Shown here piece after piece: positions 57,078 through 64,000 of a DNA stretch of 64,000 nt (its first letter is position 1; each line of letters starts with the position of its first letter). The DNA is taken from contig JASEGZ010000005.1 of NCBI GenBank assembly GCA_030018935.1, positions 4,988 through 68,987 of the forward strand. The letters are read 5' to 3'. The notes under the pieces are model-generated. The model worked only from the letters and a program-made list of their open reading frames with translations, was not told the origin of the DNA and ran no database searches. A program made the translations under genes and the position numbers. The stretch comes from Syntrophales bacterium (GTDB lineage: Bacteria; Desulfobacterota; Syntrophia; Syntrophales; CG2-30-49-12).

Positions 57078-57102
57078 TCGAAAATCTCTTCAGAATATTT
57101 AC

Positions 57103-57200
57103 TGGCGGAAGTGCATGGGAATCGAACCCACCTGGGACGGTTTTAGCGCCCCACACTGGATTTGAAGTCCAGGAGGCCCACCAGTGACCTTGGCACTTCC
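57103..57200 (-). tRNA. selC: tRNA-Sec (anticodon UCA), CCA encoded
   Basis: The reverse complement is GGAAGTGCCAAGGTCACTGGTGGGCCTCCTGGACTTCAAATCCAGTGTGGGGCGCTAAAACCGTCCCAGGTGGGTTCGATTCCCATGCACTTCCGCCA. It has an 8-bp acceptor stem, a long variable arm, and an anticodon arm identical to the E. coli selC CUGGACUUCAAAUCCAG. Confidence 0.92.
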
Positions 57201-57238
57201 ACGCAGGATGTAAAGAACTTTTTGCAAATGGTTATAGG

Positions 57239-57323
57239 GTAAGCGTTCAGCTATCAGCCTTCAGTTTTCAGCGAAAACAAAAAAATACGAGGGGTTACTG
57301 ATCGCTGAGGGCTGAACGCTTGC
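57239..57323. repeat. family B palindromic element
   Basis: gtaagcgttcagctatcagccttcagttttcagcgaaaacaaaaaaatacgaggggttactgatcgctgagggctgaacgcttgc. Confidence 0.85.
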
Positions 57324-57324
57324 A

Positions 57325-58566
57325 TTATAGGTATCCAGGCTGAGCTGTCTGTTCGAGAGAAGTATCAATCAACTGCACTGTCACCTCATCACCCTTTCTG
57401 GCCGATGCTATATCCTCAGGCAGGATGATGAGTCCATTCGCCCTGACCATAGACTTCAGGATGCCAGAACCCTGTTCACCTGTGGTGCTGACGGTATATC
57501 TTCCCCCTTCGTATTTGACCCTGGCCCTGATAAAGTGTTTCACCCCTTTGCTTTTTGTGATATCTTCGTGAAGACAGGCCTTGATCGTCTTGCGAAACAG
57601 GTTTTTATGGCCCATCATCTTGAGTATAGAGGGCCTGACAAACTGTTCAAAGGAGATCATTGACGATACCGGGTTGCCGGGTAATCCAAAAACCGGAATC
57701 CCCTCCATGGCGCCAAAGGCAAGGGGTCTCCCCGGTCTCATTGCCACACGCCAGAATTCCATGGCGTTTCCCACTTCCTTCATGATATCTTTCACGAGAT
57801 CGTAATCTCCCACCGAGACCCCGCCGGATGAAATGATGATATCTGCCCGGAGGGCAGCCCGGAACTTGGCGACCAAGTCTTCCCTCGTATCTTTTGCTAT
57901 CCCGATATGCAGTGGGATGCCACCGCAGTCCATCACCTGGGCGGTAAGGGAATAGCTGTTGCTGCTGATGATTTTCCATGGCGATGGTATTTCGTCAATG
58001 TCAACCAGCTCGTCACCGGTGGACAGGATGGCGACAAGGGGCCTCTGATAAACATATATAAAGGAACGACCCAGAGCGGCCAGCATGCCTACCTCTGCCG
58101 GTCTTACGATCTCTCCCCGTGAGATGACCAGCTCTCCCTCTTTGACATCCTCTCCCGCATACCTGATATCCTGTCCCTGTTCGGTCTGTACATAGACCTT
58201 TACCCTCTGTCCATCCCTTTCCGTATCTTCCATTCTGATGACGGCATCCGCTCCCTCCGGTACAGGAGCGCCGGTCATGATCCTGGATGCAGTACCAGGT
58301 TCCACACTTTTCCGGGGAATATAACCGGCGGGGATATCTTCGATGACATCAAGGGTAACCGGGTTTTTCCTTGTCGCCCCCAGGGTGTCCTTCCAGCGGA
58401 GGGCATAGCCGTCCATAGCCGAGTTGTCTTTCGGCGGGATGTTACGTATGGCGTATATATCCTCACCGATAACCCTTCCCAGGGCATCCAGGAGACTGAC
58501 CTTCTCCAGACCGAGAGGGGCAATGTTTTTAAGAATACGGTTCAGGGCGTCTTCAACAGTGATCAT
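57325..58566 (-). CDS. moeA: molybdopterin molybdenumtransferase
   Basis: SAMDGYA, PGNPVSS and overall MoeA architecture; 413 aa. Confidence 0.93.
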   Translation of the reverse strand: MITVEDALNRILKNIAPLGLEKVSLLDALGRVIGEDIYAIRNIPPKDNSAMDGYALRWKDTLGATRKNPVTLDVIEDIPAGYIPRKSVEPGTASRIMTGAPVPEGADAVIRMEDTERDGQRVKVYVQTEQGQDIRYAGEDVKEGELVISRGEIVRPAEVGMLAALGRSFIYVYQRPLVAILSTGDELVDIDEIPSPWKIISSNSYSLTAQVMDCGGIPLHIGIAKDTREDLVAKFRAALRADIIISSGGVSVGDYDLVKDIMKEVGNAMEFWRVAMRPGRPLAFGAMEGIPVFGLPGNPVSSMISFEQFVRPSILKMMGHKNLFRKTIKACLHEDITKSKGVKHFIRARVKYEGGRYTVSTTGEQGSGILKSMVRANGLIILPEDIASARKGDEVTVQLIDTSLEQTAQPGYL

Positions 58567-58770
58567 TTTTCCCTATTGTAGTAACGATTGTAATAATTGT
58601 AATAGCGGTTCAATTTCTGACAGAGCATCTATAGAAAATATCTTAAATGATTTACCCTGTCAATACGTAATCGGAGAGATGTTTTTATCCTTGAATAAAT
58701 CATGTTTGTATTATAAATTACAAAATTCAACAATATCCCTGATTTTATCAAGAGTTGGGTTGTTTACAAG

Positions 58771-61700
58771 GTGAGGAAGATTATTGAGAAAAAGTATACC
58801 ATATCTGATCCTGCTTTCCATGCCCTGTTTGACAGGATCAGTGGTGGAGAAAAAAAGATAAGGGTCGGTGGTCTTCAGGGCGCGGCAAAATCCCTCCTCC
58901 TTTCCATCCTTTTCAGACGTATTGATAAGTCATTGCTCGTGGTCACTCCTACGGAGAGAGAAGCGAAGGATACCTATCAGGGCATTTCTTTTTTTCTGGG
59001 AGAGGACAAGGTATCCCTTTACCCCCCCTGGGATACTATTTCCCTTGACCTGTTTACTTTCCAGAGGGAAGTGGAATTACGGCGGATGGATGTACTCTAC
59101 CGGTTGTTATTAGGAGAGGCGGCGATAGTCGTAGCGCCCTTAAAGGCCCTGATGCAGAGGGTTATCCCCGAAAATGTCTTCGAGAGTTATCTTGAATTCA
59201 TCTCTGTGGGGGATGTCATCGAAAGGGAGGAGCTGGTAGCAAAATTGTTTGCTGGAGGGTACAGCAGGGCGCCCCTCGTGGAGGGAAAGGGTGAATTCAG
59301 CCTGAGGGGTTATGTAATTGATGTTTTCCCTCCCCAGGCGGCGAGACCTGTCCGGATGGAGTTCATGGGGGACGAGGTGGAATCAATCAGGGAGTTTGAT
59401 ACCGCATCACAGCGATCCACGGGGAAGTTGGAAGAATTTACCATTACTCCGGCAAGAGAGGTCATCCTGACTCCCATGAGGAAGCAACAGGCCATAAGAA
59501 ATATAAGACACAGGGCGAATGAACTGGAACTCCAGGGGATAATGAAACACCGCCCCGTGGAGATGATGGAAAATGGCATGGTATCTTCGATAAATCCCCT
59601 GTTCCTTCCTCTCTTTTACGAATCCTTTACCAATAATGAAAACCTGGAGGATCATGATACGCTCGGAACATTGTTTGACTTCATGCCCCGGGGTACTGGT
59701 ATCGTTTTTGATGATTTCCTGGCCTTACGGTCCTCTGAAGAGAGAATAGTAAATGAAATAGACCGTCTCTTAATGAAGGCCGGCAGTGAGGGGAAATTTT
59801 ACTTGGGCAAGGAATCTTCTTGTCTGACGGGGGAGAAACTCCTCCGGTGCTATGAGGATTTCCAGCAGATATATCTCGAAGGCCTGGCCCTCGGCGGTCC
59901 TGGTGAGGGTGACCACCCTGCCGCACAGGTGAAATTTCTCATGGATGCGGATGTGGAATGGAAGGAAGCAATGAAGACACGGGGTGAGGAGGAGGGACTT
60001 CTCACCCCCCTCGTGGAAAGGATCAAGGGGTGGCTTGAAGAGGGGAATCTGGTGACCCTTCTCTGTGCGGGCCAGGAGAGAACCCAGAGGATGTCCTATC
60101 TTTTAGCGCAATACTCCCTTCCCGTCAGCCAGCCCCACGCTCACCCTCTTCCCTTCCTGGCCGAGGTTCTTCAACATGACGGCAAGGGACGTCTCGTCCT
60201 CAGAGAGGGTAGGATAACCGCGGGGTTTCACTTCCCCGGCCTGAAACTGGTGGTGATCAGTGAAGAGGATATCTTCGGTAAAAAGGTGGCGAGAAGGCGG
60301 GGAAGGCCAGCCAGAGAGGGGTATTTTCTTCAATCCTTTGGTGAGCTTAAGGAGGGAGATTATGTCGTCCATACCGACCACGGCATCGGGACCTATCGGG
60401 GACTTCAGAAACTTACCGTCGGTAAGACCGGTATTATCAACGATTTCCTCCTTGTTGAGTACCAGGAAGGAGATAAACTCTATATACCGGTAGACCGTCT
60501 CGACCGGATACAGAGGTACGTCGGCCAGGAAGGTTATGTGCCGAAGATTGATAGATTAGGGGGGACTTCCTGGGAGTCGGTAAAGGAAAGGGTCAAGAGA
60601 TCGGTGAGAGAGGTTGCCGAAGAGCTTGTTTCGGTCTATGCCGCCAGGGCGGTGATGGAAAGGCAACCCTTTTCTTTACCTGACAGGATTTACAATGAAT
60701 TTTCTTCCACCTTTGAGTTTGAGGAGACACCCGATCAGGACAGGGCGATTGAGGATGTCTGTCTTGACATGGGCAGTGCCAGACCTATGGACAGATTGAT
60801 CTGCGGCGATGCCGGGTTTGGTAAGACCGAGGTGGCCCTGCGGGCCTCTTTTCGGGCCGTCATGGATGGGAAACAGGTCGCTGTTTTAGTTCCCACGACG
60901 ATCCTTGCCGAGCAGCACTACCAGACATTTTCCCGCAGATTGAGCGATTATCCCATTTGTGTTGAGGTCCTGAATCGTTTTAAAACGAAGAAGGAGCAAC
61001 AGAAAATCATAGAGGAGACCAGAAAGGGGACCATGGATATCATTATCGGCACCCACCGGATCCTGCAGAAGGACATTGCCTTCAAAGACTTAGGCCTTGT
61101 CGTTATAGACGAAGAACAGCGTTTCGGGGTAACTCATAAGGAAAAATTGAAGAAGCTCCGCACTCTCGTTGACGTCCTTACCCTGACAGCAACCCCCATC
61201 CCGAGGAGTCTGCATCTTTCGCTTGTCGGTATCCGTGATCTGTCTGTCATCAATACCCCTCCCAAGGATCGCCTTTCTATCAAGACTTATGTGCTTGAAT
61301 TTAATGAAGACGTGATAAGAGAGGCAATCCGGGAAGAACTCAGGAGAAATGGGCAGGTCTTCTTTCTCCATAACCGGGTACAATCCATATTCACCGCGGC
61401 GCGGTTTGTGGAAAGGCTCGTTCCTGAGGCCAGCGTCGCTGTTGTTCATGGCCGCATGAAGGGAAAAGAGACAGAGGATACGATGGCAAAGTTTATCAGG
61501 GGAGACTACAATGTTCTGGTTTGCACGACGATCATCGGCTCCGGCATTGATATCCCCACGGCCAATACCATCATCATCAATCGGGCCGACCGGTTTGGCC
61601 TTTCCCAGCTATACCAGCTCAGGGGAAGGGTAGGGAGGTCGAAGGAGGAGGCGTATGCCTATCTTCTGATACCTAAGGGAGTGATGCTCCTGCCGGATGC

Positions 61701-62343
61701 GAGGAAGAGACTGCAATCGCTCATGGATTTTTCCGAGGCCGGCTCCGGTTTCCGCATTTCCATGAATGACCTGAATATCAGAGGGGGAGGGGATATCCTT
61801 GGCACCTCTCAATCGGGGCACATCTCGGCTGTTGGCTATGAACTTTATACCGAATTGATGGAAAAGACCATCAGAGAACTGAAGGGGGAGGTGATCGAAG
61901 AGGAGGTAAAGCCGGAGATTAATCTCGGTCTGCCTGCCTTTATTCCTGAGGACTATATGACCGATTGCGTAAGGAGGCTTGTCACCTACAAGAGGTTGTC
62001 CCTGGCGTCAACGGATGAAGAACTGTCTGAGATTAAAGAAGAATTGATAGACTGCTATGGATTCATACCACCTGAACTTGCGAACCTGTTAGAGGTGATC
62101 AGCCTCAGGAACATCCTGAAGCATCTCAAGAGCAAGAAGATGGGGTATGACGGGAAGACCATGTTCATCCTTTTCCAGGAGACTTCTCCCGTGGAAGCGG
62201 CCAAAATCGTCGAGCTCTCCCGGAAAAGGATGAAGGGGATGAGACTGACTTCCGATTTCAAACTCTATGTTCCCATGCCGTCTCTGACAGGGGATGAAAT
62301 TATCAGACATGCGAAAGGCCTGTTACAGGCATTGATGAACTGA
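58771..62343 (+). CDS. mfd: transcription-repair coupling factor
   Basis: GTG start, 1190 aa, helicase motifs GDAGFGKTEVA and DEEQRFGV, and RID/CarD-like GDYVVHTDHGIG. Confidence 0.96.
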   Translation: MRKIIEKKYTISDPAFHALFDRISGGEKKIRVGGLQGAAKSLLLSILFRRIDKSLLVVTPTEREAKDTYQGISFFLGEDKVSLYPPWDTISLDLFTFQREVELRRMDVLYRLLLGEAAIVVAPLKALMQRVIPENVFESYLEFISVGDVIEREELVAKLFAGGYSRAPLVEGKGEFSLRGYVIDVFPPQAARPVRMEFMGDEVESIREFDTASQRSTGKLEEFTITPAREVILTPMRKQQAIRNIRHRANELELQGIMKHRPVEMMENGMVSSINPLFLPLFYESFTNNENLEDHDTLGTLFDFMPRGTGIVFDDFLALRSSEERIVNEIDRLLMKAGSEGKFYLGKESSCLTGEKLLRCYEDFQQIYLEGLALGGPGEGDHPAAQVKFLMDADVEWKEAMKTRGEEEGLLTPLVERIKGWLEEGNLVTLLCAGQERTQRMSYLLAQYSLPVSQPHAHPLPFLAEVLQHDGKGRLVLREGRITAGFHFPGLKLVVISEEDIFGKKVARRRGRPAREGYFLQSFGELKEGDYVVHTDHGIGTYRGLQKLTVGKTGIINDFLLVEYQEGDKLYIPVDRLDRIQRYVGQEGYVPKIDRLGGTSWESVKERVKRSVREVAEELVSVYAARAVMERQPFSLPDRIYNEFSSTFEFEETPDQDRAIEDVCLDMGSARPMDRLICGDAGFGKTEVALRASFRAVMDGKQVAVLVPTTILAEQHYQTFSRRLSDYPICVEVLNRFKTKKEQQKIIEETRKGTMDIIIGTHRILQKDIAFKDLGLVVIDEEQRFGVTHKEKLKKLRTLVDVLTLTATPIPRSLHLSLVGIRDLSVINTPPKDRLSIKTYVLEFNEDVIREAIREELRRNGQVFFLHNRVQSIFTAARFVERLVPEASVAVVHGRMKGKETEDTMAKFIRGDYNVLVCTTIIGSGIDIPTANTIIINRADRFGLSQLYQLRGRVGRSKEEAYAYLLIPKGVMLLPDARKRLQSLMDFSEAGSGFRISMNDLNIRGGGDILGTSQSGHISAVGYELYTELMEKTIRELKGEVIEEEVKPEINLGLPAFIPEDYMTDCVRRLVTYKRLSLASTDEELSEIKEELIDCYGFIPPELANLLEVISLRNILKHLKSKKMGYDGKTMFILFQETSPVEAAKIVELSRKRMKGMRLTSDFKLYVPMPSLTGDEIIRHAKGLLQALMN

Positions 62344-62346
62344 TAA

Positions 62347-62422
62347 AGTCGTAAGTCGTATGTCGTAAGTCGTATGTCATAATATAAAAGACATAGGACG
62401 TAAGACGTAAGACGTAGGACTT
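62347..62422. repeat. family A octamer-array hairpin
   Basis: agtcgtaagtcgtatgtcgtaagtcgtatgtcat - aatataaaag - acataggacgtaagacgtaagacgtaggac. Confidence 0.85.
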
Positions 62423-62446
62423 ATTGATGAAGGGGGGAGTGGGAAA

Positions 62447-63418
62447 ATGACAGGAAAAACATTAAAGACCTGGGTGGTTCTTTCTTTTGCGGTTTTTCTA
62501 ACTACTTCGGTATATGCCGAAATTGCAGACAGAATCGTGGCCATTGTAAATGATGAGGTTATCACCATGTTCGATTTGAACAGCGCCCTGGAGTCATACC
62601 GGAAAAAGATAGAAGAATCTTACACGAGTCGGGATAAGGACAGTGTTGTTGCCGAGGCTAAAGTCGCCATGTTGAATAAGCTGATTGATGGTCACCTGAT
62701 CGAACAGGAGGCGAAAAAAGCGGGGATTGTCGTCAAAGATGAGGAGGTTATGGAAACAATCAAAGACATCCTCGGCAAAAGAAATATCAAGATAGGGGAT
62801 TTTACAGAAATCCTTGTCAGGGAAGGGTCCAGTTTTGATGCCTACAGGAAAGAGATCAGAGATCAGATGACCAGGATGAGACTCATCAGGCGGGAGCTGA
62901 GGCCCAAGGTTAGGGTTAGTGAAGATGAAATAGGTGAGTATTACCGTAAGCACAGGGAGGATTATGAGGGCAGAGAAGCGGTCCGGGTTAAGCAGATATT
63001 TATTCCAATTCCGAAGGACTGTGATCAGGAGATGAGGGCAAGGCTTAGGGCCAATGCCGAAATGATCCGCAAACAGATAAATACGGCGGAATCCTTTGAC
63101 CTTGTCGCGGCAACCTATGCGACAGGACCTGCCGCGGCCATAGGTGGCGATACCGGTTTTGTTGAGAGGGGGATGATGATCCCCGCAGTAGAAGAGGTGG
63201 CCTTCAGCCTGGGAAAAGATGGGATCAGTGATATAATTGAGTCCCCCATGGGTTTTCATATCATCAGGGTTGTTGATAAGAGAGGAGGGGGGATTAAGCC
63301 CCTCGAATCCGTCCGTGAAGAGATCAAAGAAAAGATAGAGGATGAAAAAATGGATAAGAAGTACGAAGAATGGATCGGAGAATTGAGAGCGAAATCTCAC
63401 ATTGAGATAAAACTTTAG
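62447..63418 (+). CDS. SurA-like periplasmic chaperone / parvulin-type peptidyl-prolyl isomerase
   Basis: Signal peptide, SurA N-domain-like IVAIVNDEVIT, and the parvulin motif GFHIIRV. Confidence 0.85.
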   Translation: MTGKTLKTWVVLSFAVFLTTSVYAEIADRIVAIVNDEVITMFDLNSALESYRKKIEESYTSRDKDSVVAEAKVAMLNKLIDGHLIEQEAKKAGIVVKDEEVMETIKDILGKRNIKIGDFTEILVREGSSFDAYRKEIRDQMTRMRLIRRELRPKVRVSEDEIGEYYRKHREDYEGREAVRVKQIFIPIPKDCDQEMRARLRANAEMIRKQINTAESFDLVAATYATGPAAAIGGDTGFVERGMMIPAVEEVAFSLGKDGISDIIESPMGFHIIRVVDKRGGGIKPLESVREEIKEKIEDEKMDKKYEEWIGELRAKSHIEIKL

Positions 63419-63643
63419 GAACTACTTAGGAGCCAGGAGCCAGAATTCAGGAGCCAGTATGAAAAGAAAGCCCGCTAAGGATTTTCACACCGATGGAGTA
63501 TAAGTGTTAAACAATATCAAATGACCAAAACACAAAATTCGAGACAACGCAGGGAGGATAAAGAAGAAGTCAGTAAGTTGATAGAGGCATACACTCTTTT
63601 ATTCTGGATTCTGGCTCCTGACTTCTGACTCCTGAGTAATTAC
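63418..63643. repeat. family D hairpin (AGGAGCC/AGAATTC units) with a unique core of about 150 bp
   Basis: ggaactacttaggagccaggagccagaattcaggagccag ... ctggattctggctcctgacttctgactcctgagtaattac. It ends 2 nt before the uvrA ATG. Confidence 0.85.
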
Positions 63644-63645
63644 GC

Positions 63646-64000
63646 ATGAATTATATAAAAATCAAAAGGGCCTCCCAACACAATCTAAAGAATATAAATA
63701 TAGAGATACCGAGGGATAAGCTTGTTGTCATCACCGGTGTCAGCGGTTCCGGTAAGTCATCCCTTGCCTTCGATACCATCTATGCCGAAGGACAGAGGCG
63801 TTATGTGGAATCGCTGTCTACCTACGCCCGGCAGTTCATCGGTCAGATGGACAAACCTGAGGTTGAATCAATTGAGGGCCTCTCTCCTGCCATTGCCATC
63901 GAACAGAGAACGGCAAGTCAGAATCCCCGTTCGACCGTGGGAACAGTCACCGAGATCTATGACTACCTTCGCCTCCTCTATGCTCGCATAGGCATACCCC
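63646..64000 (+). CDS. uvrA: excinuclease ABC subunit A, 3' end cut by window edge
   Basis: [58 protein letters not shown]... The frame is open to nt 64000. It is absent from the ORF track because no stop is reached. Confidence 0.93.
   Translation, partial: MNYIKIKRASQHNLKNINIEIPRDKLVVITGVSGSGKSSLAFDTIYAEGQRRYVESLSTYARQFIGQMDKPEVESIEGLSPAIAIEQRTASQNPRSTVGTVTEIYDYLRLLYARIGIP

Noticed and set aside
62594-63400. 268-aa ORF on the minus strand
   Set aside because: It is antisense to the SurA-like PPIase gene (signal peptide plus parvulin motif on the plus strand), so it is a shadow ORF.
1-64000. Selenoprotein genes (in-frame TGA splitting an ORF) near selC
   Set aside because: All recognisable genes in the window are continuous from start to stop. 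No adjacent same-frame ORF pairs separated by a single TGA were noticed.

Overview
This 64-kb window looks like chromosome from an anaerobic bacterium. Gene content suggests a Desulfobacterota/Syntrophia-like lineage, but that is inference only: acetogen-type MetF, a CooC-like ATPase, two B12-dependent acyl-CoA mutase pairs, a split class I fumarase, NrdDG, tRNA-Sec, MoeA and MobA. All calls were made by eye from the ORF track and the sequence; no searches were run.

Most of the window is densely packed housekeeping:
- lon, dapF-dapL, ychF, and a complete mlaEFDAC cluster
- methylmalonyl-CoA mutase plus fumarase
- nrdDG followed by an HD-GYP gene
- ilvB-ilvC-ilvD
- pyrR-pyrB-pyrC, recO, xseAB-ispA-dxs-tlyA, ispH
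- tmk-holB-ricT-metG, selC, moeA, mfd, a surA-like gene, uvrA

Observations that stand out:
1. About 26.4-29.5 kb is a visibly AT-richer accessory island. I read it as a decayed chromosomal integron. It has an internally deleted integron-integrase remnant. Leftward of it are four minus-strand cassettes (PAP2 phosphatase, HigBA, an orphan protein, RHH-RelE), each followed by an attC-like imperfect palindrome.
2. At least five families of intergenic hairpin elements have arms built from short tandem repeats. They occur at 13 or more loci. Some supply stop or start codons to flanking genes.
3. A second, highly divergent B12 acyl-CoA mutase pair has its own near-consensus promoter. It lies downstream of an N-terminally short RlmN/Cfr-like radical SAM gene and a CooC-like ATPase gene.
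4. IspH is fused to a UbiA-like membrane domain.
5. An iron-sulfur flavoprotein is fused to an ArsC/LMW-phosphatase domain.
6. A branched-chain-rich leader peptide plus intrinsic terminator (a classical attenuator) lies upstream of ilvB.
7. One response regulator has a tandem pseudo-receiver plus receiver and no output domain.

No CRISPR array, rRNA or intact transposase was seen.
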